Positions 45,154 through 56,161 of a stretch of DNA of 64,000 nucleotides are shown here, one piece after another. Under the pieces are notes generated by a model. The model saw nothing but the letters and a program-made list of their open reading frames with translations, was not told the origin of the DNA and did not search any database. The stretch lies in assembly GCA_958414825.1 (NCBI GenBank), contig CATYXQ010000001.1, positions 6,401 through 70,400 of the forward strand. The letters are read 5' to 3'. Position numbers and translations under genes: made by a program. This DNA is from an uncultured Eubacteriales bacterium (GTDB lineage: Bacteria > Bacillota > Clostridia > Oscillospirales > CAG-272). Position 1 is the first letter of the stretch, and every line of letters starts with the position of its first letter.

Positions 45154-46059
45154 TCAGTCAAACATTGCGCGCACAAATTCATCCGAGTCGAACGGCTGAA
45201 GATCGTCAATCTTTTCTCCGACGCCGATGTATTTCACCGGAACACTTAATTCACTCTGAATAGAGAAAACGCAGCCGCCTTTCGCCGTGCCGTCCAGTTT
45301 AGTCAGAATCAGTCCCGTAATATCCGCCGCATTTTTAAATTCTTTAGCCTGCAAAATTGCATTCTGGCCGGTGGTCGCGTCCAAAACAAGCAACGTCTCC
45401 CGCGACGCATCCGGCAATTCCCTGCCGATCACACGGTCGATTTTGGCCAGTTCGTCCATCAGATTTTTCTTGTTGTGCAATCTTCCAGCCGTATCTACGA
45501 TCAAAACATCCGCATGTCGGCTCTTTGCCGCGCTTGCCGCGTCAAATACAACAGCAGCCGGATCCGATCCCTCGTTTTGCCGAATCAGTTCTACCTGCGC
45601 GCGATCGCACCAGACCGCAAGCTGATCGATAGCCGCAGCGCGAAACGTATCTGCGGCGGCTACCACCACCTTTTTCCCCTCGCCGTGCAGCTGCGCGGCA
45701 ATTTTGCCGATCGACGTCGTTTTTCCCACGCCGTTGACGCCGATGACCAACAGCACGGACGGACTGCCCGCGAGGTGAAGTCCGTCGTTTTCGGGCAGCA
45801 GCGAAGCGAGAATTTCACGCAGTGCCACGCGGACGGCCTCGCCGTCGGAAAGTTTTTCTTCTTTTACGCGGTCACGTAGCTTTGCGAGAATCTGCTCGGT
45901 CGTACCGACTCCGACATCCGCGCAAATCAACAGTTCCTCAAGTTCCTCAAAAAGCGCCTCATCCACGCGCACAAAGCTTTTCAAGAGCGTGTCGATCTGC
46001 CCGACAAACGCATTTTTGGTTTTGGAAAGTCCGGCTTTCAGCTTATCAAAAAATCCCAT
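45154..46059 (-). CDS. ftsY: Signal recognition particle receptor FtsY
   Basis: LLVIGVNGVGKTTSIGK, DTAGRL and TKLDGTAKGG motifs. Confidence 0.95.
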   Translation of the reverse strand: MGFFDKLKAGLSKTKNAFVGQIDTLLKSFVRVDEALFEELEELLICADVGVGTTEQILAKLRDRVKEEKLSDGEAVRVALREILASLLPENDGLHLAGSPSVLLVIGVNGVGKTTSIGKIAAQLHGEGKKVVVAAADTFRAAAIDQLAVWCDRAQVELIRQNEGSDPAAVVFDAASAAKSRHADVLIVDTAGRLHNKKNLMDELAKIDRVIGRELPDASRETLLVLDATTGQNAILQAKEFKNAADITGLILTKLDGTAKGGCVFSIQSELSVPVKYIGVGEKIDDLQPFDSDEFVRAMFD

Positions 46060-46072
46060 CTTATTCTCTCTC

Positions 46073-49000
46073 TCAATCGAATTTTACTTCATCTACATTC
46101 AACGCGAGCACCTTGGAAACGCCCCGTTCGGGCATGGTGACGCCGTAAATGCGATCCGCCGCTTCCATTGTTCCCCGGCGGTGCGTAATCAAAACAAACT
46201 GCGTATTGTCCGACATACGCTTCACATATTCTGCAAAGCGGGATACGTTCACCTCGTCAAGCGCCGCTTCGATCTCATCCAAAATGCAGAAAGGCGACGG
46301 ATTGACTTTCAGTATGGCAAAAAACAGCGCGATGGCCACAAACGCCTGCTCGCCGCCGGAAAGCAGCGTCAAACTTTTGATAATCTTTCCTGGCGGTGCG
46401 GCTTTGATCTCGATTCCGCTGCCGAGAACATCCTCAGGTTCAGTCAAAATCAGTTCGGCGCACCCGCCGCCGAACAATTCGGCAAACACCTTAGAAAAAT
46501 GATCGTTGATCCGGTTAAACGCATCCATAAACTGCCCGCGCATTTCATTCTCCAAGCGGTGTATTACCGTGACAAGCTCGGTCTTTGACTTTTGCAAATC
46601 TTCAATCTGCGACGCAAGCTCGTCATAGCGCGTTTTGACCTGCGTATACTCCTCAATCGCGCCGACATTGACAGAACCGAGCGACTTTATCTCCCGGCGG
46701 TATTCGGTGGCGGACGCGGCAAGCGCGGAACGCTCGGACGCTTCAAGCGGCGGATACCCGAGTTCGAGCGCGGCTCCGTAGGTCAGTTCATATTCTTCAA
46801 GCATCCGTTCCGCAAGCTTATCCTGCTCTAAAAGGAGGGAATGCAATTTAGATTCATTTTTTGTATGCGCCAGCAGAATCGTTTCTTTCCGGCTTGTCTT
46901 ATCCCGAATTTTCAGCCGTGTCTCATTCAGTTTGCGCTCATACTCTGCCGTACCGGATTCTACGCTACCGCGTTGTTCGGTCAAAAGAGAAAGCTTCGTC
47001 ATATCCTGCGCAACCGATTCACGGTTAAGCGCCTGCGACTGCGCAAAGTTCTCTATATCCGTTTGATATTTTTCCACCGACTGCAACGCGGCTGCCGTCG
47101 TCTCCGTCAATTCACGGACGCGCGCTTTCAGCGCAAAGCGCGCGTCCTCAAACGTCTGCGCGTCTTTTTTCAGTTCGGCCAGCAAAACGGAATTTTCGCC
47201 GAGGCGCATTTCCATTTCACGGACTTCGTCCAGCACCGAATTTCGCTCGCTGTCTTTATTGGCTCGGAAAATCCGAATTTTCTCAATGCGCGCCTCCGCA
47301 TCGGCGGCGGCCTTTTGCAGATTCAAAAGCTCATCGCCGAATCCGTCTTTCTGCGTACGCAGACGCTCAATATCCGCGCGAAGTTTTTCGCACAACTCCT
47401 CATTGGCCGCAAGCTTTGCGCTCTGCGCCTCCAGCCGTGCGCGCTCAGCCGCAATCAGCGCCTGTACGATCTCGCGCTGAGCGAGCGCGCCCTCTCTGCG
47501 CGACTGCACGTCGCGCAGTGTTTTCTCGGCGGCAGAGCGCATCTGCTCTTCTGCAAGAAGCCTTGCCTCCGCCTCCTTGGCCATTTTGCGTAAGGATTTT
47601 ATCTCGGCCGAACGGGTCAGAATCCCACTGTCCCGGCGCACGGATCCACCCGTATACGAACCGCCCGCATGAATGACCTGCCCGTCCAGCGTGACCACTT
47701 TCACGCGGTATTTTTGTTCCCGCGCCATTTTGGAAGCGTTGTCCAGCGTATCAAAAACAAGCGTTCTGCCCAGTATGCTGCGCATAATCTCCGCAAACAG
47801 CGGATCATAGTCAAATAAAAGATCGGCTCGGCCGATATATCCTGTATATGTGCGCGCGCGGATCATCTCCTCAGTCTCATCCTGCGCTGTGACCGAGGTC
47901 AGCGGATAAAAGGTCGCTCGGCCCGCCCTCGCCTCTTTCAGCGCACGAATCGCAGAAACCGCGACGGCTTCGTTTTCGACGGCGATATTTTGAATATTGG
48001 CGCCGAATGCGGTTTCCACTGCGGTTACGTACTGCTCCGGCACGCTGATCAGCTTAGAGAGCGGACCGTAAACCTGTCCGCCCCCAATCTTACCATCCGA
48101 CGCGGCCTGCATCACAAAACGAACACTGCCGGAATACCCCTCAAACAATTCCTCCATACGTTCAAGCGATTCCGCGCGGTGCAAATACCCGTCCAAACGA
48201 AGTTTTTCCTCTGCGGCAGACGCTTTATACTTTTCTCTGTCGGTCTCAGCGGCGTCCACGTCCTTTGCAAGCGTTTCAATCATCAGCGCGGTTTGATCCG
48301 CGTTTTCCTGATAAGCGGCAATCTCCGCCTGGATTCCGGCAATTTCCGTCTGCAGCGCCTGCGCGTCTTTCTGCCGAGCCGCGATTTCATCGCTCGCTTT
48401 GGCGCTGGCCGAATCATCGGCGCTGACCGTGCTTTCCAGCGCGCCGATCCGTACTTTCATTTCAACCGATGCATCGCGAAGCTTCTGCGCTTCGATATGC
48501 TTTTCATCCATTTCTTTTTCAAGCGCGTCCGCTTTCTGCGCGCAGACAACACGGCGCTCTTCAAGACGCGCGCGCTCTTTTACGGCAAGTTCGATTTTAG
48601 CCTTTATTTCCTCTGTCTGACAGGCAAGGCGCTGCGCTTCCCTCTCCGCTTCATCGATCTGCACACGGGCTGCGGAAACCGACTCTGCCGATTTTTCCAT
48701 CAGTTCACGTCTGTGCGCCATCTCGCTTTCTGTCACCTTATACGCGCTGTCCGCCTGATGAATCTGCTCTTTGAGCGCGCTGATCTCGGTCAAAAGCTTT
48801 TCGGAGGCCATTTTGCCGCGTTGGCTTTCCTCAAACAGCTTATCGCTCTGCGTCTCCAGCATGTGCAGACTATCCTCGGCCACTTCAAGCTCATGTTCGG
48901 ACAATTGCACCGCTTTCTGCGCCGCGGCAACCTTTTCTTTTAGCGCGGCGCTGTCAAAAATCCAAAGGCGAACGTCTGCGCGGCGCTTGGCGTCGTAAAT

Positions 49001-49657
49001 TTCGAGATACTTTTTCGCCTTGCGGCTATCCCGCTCAAGCGGACCGACGCGGCTCTCAAGTTCAGCGGCAATATCATTCAGCCGTACAAGATTTTCATCG
49101 GTAGCCGAGAGCTTTTTCTCCGCCTCATACTTTTTATACCGGTATTTGGCGATTCCGGCGGCCTCTTCAAAAACATTCCGGCGTTCTTCGCTTTTTCTGG
49201 AAAGAATTTCCGAGATTTTGCCCTGTCCGATCACCGAATAGCCGTCCCGACCGATACCGGTATTCATAAACAGTTCATGTACATCGCGAAGCCGAACCGC
49301 CTTGCGGTTGATAAAATATTCACTTTCCCCGCTTCGGTAATACCGTCTGGTCACCGTAATCTCATCATAAGGAAGATCCATCCGATGCGCGCCGACACTG
49401 TTATCAAACGTGACCGAAACCTCGGCAAAGCTCATCGGACGGCGCGCATCGGCGCCGCCGAAAATCACATCTTCCATTTTGGTTCCGCGGATGTTTTTGC
49501 TCGATATTTCACCCAAAACCCAACGCATCGCGTCGGATATATTGGACTTGCCGCTGCCGTTCGGTCCGATTACCACAGTCGCACCGGGTTCAAAGCGCAG
49601 CACTGTTTTATTGGGAAAAGATTTGAAACCGTATAATTCCAGTGATTTTAAGTACAC
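46073..49657 (-). CDS. smc: Chromosome segregation protein SMC
   Basis: 1194 aa. Walker A GPNGSGKSN, long coiled coils, a hinge, and the LSGGEQAF signature plus ILDEIEAALD. Confidence 0.97.
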   Translation of the reverse strand: MYLKSLELYGFKSFPNKTVLRFEPGATVVIGPNGSGKSNISDAMRWVLGEISSKNIRGTKMEDVIFGGADARRPMSFAEVSVTFDNSVGAHRMDLPYDEITVTRRYYRSGESEYFINRKAVRLRDVHELFMNTGIGRDGYSVIGQGKISEILSRKSEERRNVFEEAAGIAKYRYKKYEAEKKLSATDENLVRLNDIAAELESRVGPLERDSRKAKKYLEIYDAKRRADVRLWIFDSAALKEKVAAAQKAVQLSEHELEVAEDSLHMLETQSDKLFEESQRGKMASEKLLTEISALKEQIHQADSAYKVTESEMAHRRELMEKSAESVSAARVQIDEAEREAQRLACQTEEIKAKIELAVKERARLEERRVVCAQKADALEKEMDEKHIEAQKLRDASVEMKVRIGALESTVSADDSASAKASDEIAARQKDAQALQTEIAGIQAEIAAYQENADQTALMIETLAKDVDAAETDREKYKASAAEEKLRLDGYLHRAESLERMEELFEGYSGSVRFVMQAASDGKIGGGQVYGPLSKLISVPEQYVTAVETAFGANIQNIAVENEAVAVSAIRALKEARAGRATFYPLTSVTAQDETEEMIRARTYTGYIGRADLLFDYDPLFAEIMRSILGRTLVFDTLDNASKMAREQKYRVKVVTLDGQVIHAGGSYTGGSVRRDSGILTRSAEIKSLRKMAKEAEARLLAEEQMRSAAEKTLRDVQSRREGALAQREIVQALIAAERARLEAQSAKLAANEELCEKLRADIERLRTQKDGFGDELLNLQKAAADAEARIEKIRIFRANKDSERNSVLDEVREMEMRLGENSVLLAELKKDAQTFEDARFALKARVRELTETTAAALQSVEKYQTDIENFAQSQALNRESVAQDMTKLSLLTEQRGSVESGTAEYERKLNETRLKIRDKTSRKETILLAHTKNESKLHSLLLEQDKLAERMLEEYELTYGAALELGYPPLEASERSALAASATEYRREIKSLGSVNVGAIEEYTQVKTRYDELASQIEDLQKSKTELVTVIHRLENEMRGQFMDAFNRINDHFSKVFAELFGGGCAELILTEPEDVLGSGIEIKAAPPGKIIKSLTLLSGGEQAFVAIALFFAILKVNPSPFCILDEIEAALDEVNVSRFAEYVKRMSDNTQFVLITHRRGTMEAADRIYGVTMPERGVSKVLALNVDEVKFD

Positions 49658-49682
49658 GCGCCCCTCCGATTTATCCTGATTT

Positions 49683-50702
49683 TCAATAAACTCTTAATAA
49701 AATATTATAAAGCATCAGACCGTTTTTTTCAACAATTTTCAGCCTTTTTATATGAAAATCCTTTTTCAGCCGTTCCCGGTTCTCCCCACAATATCCAACC
49801 GCTTTGGAAATCTCGCCCGGCGCGACCGATACTTCGACAGTCTTTCCGGCACATTCGCCGCCGTATGCGCGCAACTGCTCGGCAATCATACGCCCATACA
49901 GCCGTCCCATCGTCATCTCTCCGAGCGCCGGATGAAAAGCGCCGCCCAAAACCTTATCCTCCGAGGCCAGCGACTCGCCGGCGCAAAGACCCACCCGAAT
50001 CACCGACACGCCGCGCCGCGCAAAAATCCGCAAAATATCGGCCGCACGATCTGCCGCTTCATCGCTTTCAAGCGGTTCGTAAAGGCCGGATTGCATCATG
50101 CCGCAAAGCTCCGTGCCGTGAAAACCAACAACCGGATATATGCGCGCGGCCGCAGCGCCCGCATCACAAATAAACGCGGCGGTTCTTTGCTCGCTCTCCG
50201 GCGTTGAGGCGGGCAGGCCGACCATCATTTGGCCGACCAGCGAAAAACCATATGCACGCACAAGCGCTGCAGCACGGGCGGAGTCCTCGGCCGTATGACC
50301 GCGCCTTGACGCACGCAGAACCGCATCGTCCATGCTCTGTATGCCGAGTTCAATTGTGCGCACGGAATACCGGCTTAAAATTTCCAGCACTTCTACATCG
50401 ATATAATCGGGTCGGGTGGACAAACGAATCGCCTGTACCTGCCCCCGCTCCACATACCGCTGCGCGGTTTCAAGCAAGGAAATCATCAAAGCTCGGTCGA
50501 TTCCGGTAAAAGATCCGCCGAAAAAAGCAATTTCGGTTTCAGTATCCCGAGATATGGTCAACAAGGCAAGATCAATCGTTTGAACAACTTTATCGGCGGA
50601 AAATGTTTCCACGCCCGAAATAAAGCGCTGATTGCAGAATACGCACTGATTCGGGCACCCGAGATGCGGGATAAACACGGGAATATTGACATGCTTTTTC
50701 AT
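49683..50702 (-). CDS. Radical SAM protein (Elp3/MiaB/NifB-like)
   Basis: HLGCPNQCVFCNQ is the CxxxCxxC cluster. The position between rnc and smc is conserved in Clostridia. Confidence 0.8.
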   Translation of the reverse strand: MKKHVNIPVFIPHLGCPNQCVFCNQRFISGVETFSADKVVQTIDLALLTISRDTETEIAFFGGSFTGIDRALMISLLETAQRYVERGQVQAIRLSTRPDYIDVEVLEILSRYSVRTIELGIQSMDDAVLRASRRGHTAEDSARAAALVRAYGFSLVGQMMVGLPASTPESEQRTAAFICDAGAAAARIYPVVGFHGTELCGMMQSGLYEPLESDEAADRAADILRIFARRGVSVIRVGLCAGESLASEDKVLGGAFHPALGEMTMGRLYGRMIAEQLRAYGGECAGKTVEVSVAPGEISKAVGYCGENRERLKKDFHIKRLKIVEKNGLMLYNILLRVY

Positions 50703-50755
50703 CGGTGACTGCCTCCGAAACGATTTTAAGCGCCGGAAATACGGCGCTTAAAACG

Positions 50756-51472
50756 TTATTTTTGTCCAAAAAGTTCAAGCGCCTGTCTGGCCGCGACTTG
50801 TTCTGCCGCGCGCTTGGTGCGCCCCTCGCCGGTGCCAATCACATTGCTGTTCAGCCGTGCTTCCACAGTGAAGCACTTATTGTGATCGGGACCGCGCTCG
50901 TCTACCACAAAGTACTCCAACACTTCCCCGCCGGCCTGCTGCACGAACTGCTGCAAAAGCGTTTTATAATCCCGCGCCGCGCCGCTGATTTCAAGCTTGG
51001 TAAGCTCAGCTTCAAGCAGAGGTACGAGAAACTTTGCGACCCTATTTTTGTCCATTCCGCAGTCAATAAAAATCGCTGCGAGCAGCGCCTCAAACGCATC
51101 CGCCAAAATAGACGGCCGCTCGCGTCCGCCGCCGAGTTCTTCGCCGTGGCCGAGGCAAAGATAAGCGCCGAGGCCGATCTTCCCCGCGAACACGCTAAGC
51201 GCCTTTTCGCAGACAATCTCAGCGCGCATCCGTGTCAATTCACCCTCTGGCTGTTCGGGAAACTTTAAAAACAGAAATTCACTTGCAACAATCGATAAAA
51301 CCGAATCTCCCAAAAATTCTAAGCGCTCGTTGCACTCCACATATGCGCCCTTGCTCTTCGCCTCGTTTGAATACGAAGAATGCGTCAGCGCCGTATCCAA
51401 CAGCGTGCGGTCATGAAACGCATAGCCAATGGCCGCTTCCAGCGCCGCTCTGTCCTTTCTCAGTCTCTGCAT
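50756..51472 (-). CDS. rnc: Ribonuclease III
   Basis: NERLEFLGDSVL signature and a C-terminal dsRBD. Confidence 0.95.
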   Translation of the reverse strand: MQRLRKDRAALEAAIGYAFHDRTLLDTALTHSSYSNEAKSKGAYVECNERLEFLGDSVLSIVASEFLFLKFPEQPEGELTRMRAEIVCEKALSVFAGKIGLGAYLCLGHGEELGGGRERPSILADAFEALLAAIFIDCGMDKNRVAKFLVPLLEAELTKLEISGAARDYKTLLQQFVQQAGGEVLEYFVVDERGPDHNKCFTVEARLNSNVIGTGEGRTKRAAEQVAARQALELFGQK

Positions 51473-51475
51473 GAT

Positions 51476-52504
51476 TCACTTCCTGTCAAGAGGCTCCGCC
51501 GGATCCGCCTGTGCCCGAAGTTCACCGGCATGCGCCGCAATATCATAAATAACCCCTGTATCAATATAAGCCATCGCCTGACGAACCGCATTCAAAATCG
51601 CACGCGCATCCGAAGAACCATGCGCCTTGATCACCGGTTTTGAAATACCGAGCAGCGGAGCGCCGCCGTATTCCGAGGGATCAAACTGCTTCTTGAACGA
51701 AGTAATCGAAGCGCGGAGAGGAAGCGCGCTGACTTTGGTAAGCAGATTTTGCCCGAACACGCCTTTGAGCGTGCGCATGAAAAATTTGCTTAGCCCCTCG
51801 ATCGTTTTCAGCATGATATTTCCGGTAAAACCGTCGCATACCAAAACATCGCATACGTCAAACGGCACTTCTTTCCCCTCAACGTTGCCCACGAAATTGA
51901 CATATTCGGACGCTTCAAGCAGCGCGTAGGCATTTTTATACAGTGCGATGCCTTTCGTCGGCTCGGTGCCGTTGTTCAAGAGACCGACACGCGCGCAGCC
52001 GAGACCGTATATTTTCTCCATGTACACGGAACCCATCACCGCAAATTGTTCAAGCGTTTTTTCATCAACTTCCAAATTCGCGCCCGAATCCAACAGCAAA
52101 AGCGGTTTTTGAAAAGGCATAATCGTGCCGATCGCAGCACGGTGAACGCCTTTGATTCTGCGGACAATCAGCGTTGCGCCGGCAAGCAGCGCACCTGTAT
52201 TTCCCGCGCTGACAAACGCATCCCCCTGACCTTTTGAAAGCATCTGCAACCCGATTGCCATAGAAGAATCGTTCTTATCCCGAACCACGCTGAGCGCAGG
52301 ATCCTCCATATTAATCACCACATCGGTGTCCACAACGGACAGCGGCGAAATATCCAAATCCGACTCCGCAGCAATATGCTCGATCGTTTCTCTGTGTCCG
52401 ATCATCGTAATCTCGACGCCATACTCCCGGTGCGCCAGCACTGCGCCCCGAATGATTTCAGCGGGCGCCTTGTCTCCGCTCATTACATCTATTAAAATGT
52501 TCAT
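51476..52504 (-). CDS. plsX: Phosphate acyltransferase PlsX
   Basis: MNILIDVMSGDKAP... and KAHGSSD motifs. Confidence 0.93.
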   Translation of the reverse strand: MNILIDVMSGDKAPAEIIRGAVLAHREYGVEITMIGHRETIEHIAAESDLDISPLSVVDTDVVINMEDPALSVVRDKNDSSMAIGLQMLSKGQGDAFVSAGNTGALLAGATLIVRRIKGVHRAAIGTIMPFQKPLLLLDSGANLEVDEKTLEQFAVMGSVYMEKIYGLGCARVGLLNNGTEPTKGIALYKNAYALLEASEYVNFVGNVEGKEVPFDVCDVLVCDGFTGNIMLKTIEGLSKFFMRTLKGVFGQNLLTKVSALPLRASITSFKKQFDPSEYGGAPLLGISKPVIKAHGSSDARAILNAVRQAMAYIDTGVIYDIAAHAGELRAQADPAEPLDRK

Positions 52505-52523
52505 TGCTTTACGCCTCTCGACT

Positions 52524-53849
52524 TCAATTTATAGATTCTGCCATCTCGCGCAACACGGTCAAAGACCGCACGGCAAGCGCCTCATTTTTCGCCCTTTTAC
52601 CGCCCCTGACACGTTCGCCAAGGGGTTCGACAAGTCCGAAATTGGCATTCATCGGCTGGAAATTGCCGGTATTTTCGGAACTGATATAGTCTGCCATCGC
52701 ACCGATCACCGTCTTTTTGGGGAACAGCACGGGCGGCTTATCAAGCGCACGCATCGCCGCGTTTATCCCCGCGACAAGACCGGACGCCGCCGACTCCACA
52801 TAGCCCTCAACACCGGTCATCTGCCCGGCAAAAAACAACTGCGGCCGATTCCGAACCGAATAATCGGCATTCAGAAAACCGGGAGAATGCAGATACGTAT
52901 TTCTGTGCATCACGCCATACCGAACAAATTCCGCATTTTCCAGACCTGGGATCATGGAAAACACACGTTTTTGTTCGCCAAACGTCAAATGCGTCTGAAA
53001 GCCCACCATATTGAAAAGGGACGCCGCAGCATCATCCTGACGAAGCTGCACAACGGCGTAGGCTTCTTTCCCCGTGCCGGGCAACGGCAGACCGACCGGC
53101 TTCATCGGACCGTAGCGCAGCGTATCATAGCCGCGCCGCGCCATAACCTCCACCGGCATACAGCCCTCAAAAACGGTAAGCTCGCCCTGCTGTTCCCGGT
53201 CAAAATCTTTCAGTACCGCTTCCCTGGCGCCGATCAGCGCCTCATAGAATACATCGTATTCCGCTTTGGTCATCGGGCAGTTAATATAGGACGCCTCTCC
53301 CTTGCCATAACGGGAAGCAAAAAATGCTTTTTCCATATCAATGCTCGAAAACTCCACTATAGGCGCCGCTGCATCGAAGAAATAGAGCTTTTTCCCGCCA
53401 ATAAAACGCCCGATCGCCTCGGAAAGCAGCTCCGATGTAAGCGGACCGGACGCGACAACCGCAATGCCCGCGTCGGGCAGTTCGGTTACCTCTTTTTCGA
53501 TCACTTCGATATTGGGATGCGTTCGGATTTTGTCAGTGATATAGGACGAAAAGCCTTCCCGGTCTACGGCAAGCGAGCTTCCCGCCGGAACCGCATTTGC
53601 ATACGCCGCGTCCATAATCAAAGAATTTAAGAGACGCATTTCTTCTTTCAAAAGTCCGACTGCGTTGACAGCCGAATTTGAGCGCAGCGAATTGGAGCAG
53701 ACAAGCTCCGCAAACTGTGCGCTGTGGTGCGCCGGCGTCATTTTTTCCGGCTTCATCTCATACAGTTTCACTCGAACGCCGCGCTCTGCCGCCTGCCATG
53801 CCGCCTCGCATCCGGCGAGTCCGGCTCCGATAATCTCAATCTGTGTCAA
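52524..53849 (-). CDS. trmFO: Methylenetetrahydrofolate--tRNA-(uracil-5-)-methyltransferase TrmFO
   Basis: [14 protein letters not shown] is an FAD fold. 441 aa, in the conserved topA-trmFO context. Confidence 0.93.
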   Translation of the reverse strand: MTQIEIIGAGLAGCEAAWQAAERGVRVKLYEMKPEKMTPAHHSAQFAELVCSNSLRSNSAVNAVGLLKEEMRLLNSLIMDAAYANAVPAGSSLAVDREGFSSYITDKIRTHPNIEVIEKEVTELPDAGIAVVASGPLTSELLSEAIGRFIGGKKLYFFDAAAPIVEFSSIDMEKAFFASRYGKGEASYINCPMTKAEYDVFYEALIGAREAVLKDFDREQQGELTVFEGCMPVEVMARRGYDTLRYGPMKPVGLPLPGTGKEAYAVVQLRQDDAAASLFNMVGFQTHLTFGEQKRVFSMIPGLENAEFVRYGVMHRNTYLHSPGFLNADYSVRNRPQLFFAGQMTGVEGYVESAASGLVAGINAAMRALDKPPVLFPKKTVIGAMADYISSENTGNFQPMNANFGLVEPLGERVRGGKRAKNEALAVRSLTVLREMAESIN

Positions 53850-56132
53850 TTATTCTTCCTCTGCCTGTTCAGCCGTCGGCGCATCCGCTTTATATCCGCA
53901 CGCCTTATCATGGCAAATCAACTGATTTTTTCCTTTTTTACGATACAGCATCTTTCCACACTGCGGACATTTTTCCCCGGTCGGCATATCCCAAGAAGAA
54001 AAATCACAGTCGGGATACCGCTCACAACTGTAAAACACCGTCCGGTTCCGTCCGATCTTGGAAACGATCTTAGCGCCGCACTGCGGGCAGGCTACGCCGG
54101 TATCCTTGGTACGCTGCTTTGTGAATTTACACTTCGGATAGTTTGCGCAGGCATAAAAGCTGCCGTATCGCCCGGTACGAAGCACCATGTCTCCGCCGCA
54201 GAGTTCGCATTTAAAATCGGCGACAGTCGGTTTTTTTTCTTCCGATTCACCGGCGGCGCCGTCTTTATCGAGCGGCTTTGTGTTTTTACAGGACGGATAG
54301 TTTGGACATGCCGCGAACCGACCGTAGCGACCGTTTTTCACAATCATTTTGCTGCCGCATTTTTCACAGATAAGATCGGTCTCCTCGGTCGGCAAAACGA
54401 TTTTTTCATTTTGATAATTCTGCTCGGCTCCCGAAAGTGCCTTGGCGAAATCCGTATAGAAATCGCCGAGCACCTGCGTCATGGTACTTTCGCCGTGCGC
54501 GATGCCGTCAAGCTGATCCTCCATCTGCGCCGTAAACGCATAGTCCACGATCTCCGGGAAATATTCAATCATCAGCTTGGTAGTCGTTTCTCCGAGCGGC
54601 GTGGGAACAAGCGATTTCCCGTCGCGCGAGACGTAATTCCGTGCGACAATGGTTGTAATAATCGGCGCATAGGTACTTGGGCGGCCGATTCCTTTTTCCT
54701 CCAAAAATTTAATCAGCGAAGCCTCTGTAAAACGCGGAGGCGGCTCCGTAAAATGCTGCTGCGGATCATATTTTTCAGCCGTCAGACGGTCTCCCTCGGA
54801 GATCGGCGGTATTTTTTCATTTTCTTCCACGTCCGTGCCGTCATTTTTGGCCTGCTCGTCAAGCGACTCCTCATATACGGCCATATATCCCTGAAATCTT
54901 ACGGTATAGCCGCTGGTACGGAAGCGATACTCGCCTGCGCCGAATTCAATCGTTTGGGTATCAAAAACGGCAGACGCCATCTGGCTCGCGATAAAACGAT
55001 CCCAGATCAGCTTATACAGCTTATACTGATCGTTTGTGAGAAATTTCCGAATCTGCGCCGGTTCCAGCGCCGCATTGGAGGGCCGAATCGCCTCATGCGC
55101 ATCCTGCGCATTTGATTTGGTTTTATATACTCTCGGATGCGGCGGGCAATAACTTTCTCCGTACTTTGCCGCAATCAGTTCCAGCGCGGCGCTCTGCGCT
55201 TCGGCAGAAATCCGCAGCGAATCGGTACGCATATACGTGATGATACCCTGTACGCCGCCGTTTTCAGAACCGAGGTTGATTCCCTCGTATAGTTCCTGCG
55301 CCACTTTCATGACCCGCTGAGACTGGAAACCCAGTTTGCGCGAAGCCTCCTGCTGCATTGTAGACGTAGTAAAAGGAGGCGCGGGCTGCTTGTTTTTTGC
55401 GGCTTTCTTTACCGAGAGACAGGAAAACGCGGCATTCTGCAAAGTCGCCAATACAGCGTCAACGTCCGCTTTCGATTCAAGCTTGACTTTTTGCTTTCCT
55501 CTGCCCGCAAGACGCGCCCTGACCGGTTTGTCATCTACGGTTCGCAAAAGCGCATCCAGCGTCCAGTATTCCTGTTTAACAAACGCGCGTATCTCCGCCT
55601 CGCGCTCGACAATAATGCGCGTTGCCACAGACTGCACGCGCCCAGCGGACAATCCGCTTTTGACGCTTTTCCAGAGGAACGGACTCAGCTTGTAACCTAC
55701 AATGCGGTCTAAAATCCGTCTGGCCTGCTGTGAATTTACAAGCTCCATGTCGATCTCGCGCGGATGCTTAATCGCGTCCTTGACCGCGCTTTTGGTCACC
55801 TCGTTAAAAGCGACGCGGCAACACTTTTCGGGATCCAGGCCGAGTGCGTTTGCCAAATGCCAGGAAATCGCTTCCCCCTCGCGGTCAGGGTCGGTCGCAA
55901 GAAAAACCTTGCTCGCCGCCTTAGCGTCCTTTTTCAAAGCCTTTATCAATTCGCCTTTGCCGCGAATATTAATATAATGCGCCGCAAAGTCATTTTCAAT
56001 ATCCACGCCGAGCGTACTTTTCGGCAGATCGCGGACATGCCCTTTAGAGGCGACCACTTTATAGTTGCTGCCGAGATAGCTTTTGATCGTACTCGCCTTT
56101 GACGGCGACTCTACAATAACCAAATTTGCCAT
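53850..56132 (-). CDS. topA: DNA topoisomerase I
   Basis: Toprim MANLVIVESPSKA, active-site region ITYMRTDS, and four C-terminal Cys4 zinc ribbons. Confidence 0.97.
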   Translation of the reverse strand: MANLVIVESPSKASTIKSYLGSNYKVVASKGHVRDLPKSTLGVDIENDFAAHYINIRGKGELIKALKKDAKAASKVFLATDPDREGEAISWHLANALGLDPEKCCRVAFNEVTKSAVKDAIKHPREIDMELVNSQQARRILDRIVGYKLSPFLWKSVKSGLSAGRVQSVATRIIVEREAEIRAFVKQEYWTLDALLRTVDDKPVRARLAGRGKQKVKLESKADVDAVLATLQNAAFSCLSVKKAAKNKQPAPPFTTSTMQQEASRKLGFQSQRVMKVAQELYEGINLGSENGGVQGIITYMRTDSLRISAEAQSAALELIAAKYGESYCPPHPRVYKTKSNAQDAHEAIRPSNAALEPAQIRKFLTNDQYKLYKLIWDRFIASQMASAVFDTQTIEFGAGEYRFRTSGYTVRFQGYMAVYEESLDEQAKNDGTDVEENEKIPPISEGDRLTAEKYDPQQHFTEPPPRFTEASLIKFLEEKGIGRPSTYAPIITTIVARNYVSRDGKSLVPTPLGETTTKLMIEYFPEIVDYAFTAQMEDQLDGIAHGESTMTQVLGDFYTDFAKALSGAEQNYQNEKIVLPTEETDLICEKCGSKMIVKNGRYGRFAACPNYPSCKNTKPLDKDGAAGESEEKKPTVADFKCELCGGDMVLRTGRYGSFYACANYPKCKFTKQRTKDTGVACPQCGAKIVSKIGRNRTVFYSCERYPDCDFSSWDMPTGEKCPQCGKMLYRKKGKNQLICHDKACGYKADAPTAEQAEEE

Positions 56133-56161
56133 TCTATTTCTCTGCTGGTGCAGTTCCTTTC

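Noticed and set aside
51472-51476. Absence of acpP/fab genes between plsX and rnc, since many Firmicutes have plsX-fabD-fabG-acpP-rnc.
   Set aside because: Gene-order variation at this locus is common in Clostridia. Nothing in the 3-nt gap suggests a deletion scar, so it is not informative without genome context.
52326-55115. Two long plus-strand ORFs, 434 aa at 52326..53630 and 463 aa at 53724..55115.
   Set aside because: They lie antisense to trmFO and topA. The translations are Arg/Phe-rich with no motifs, while the minus-strand genes are unambiguous.
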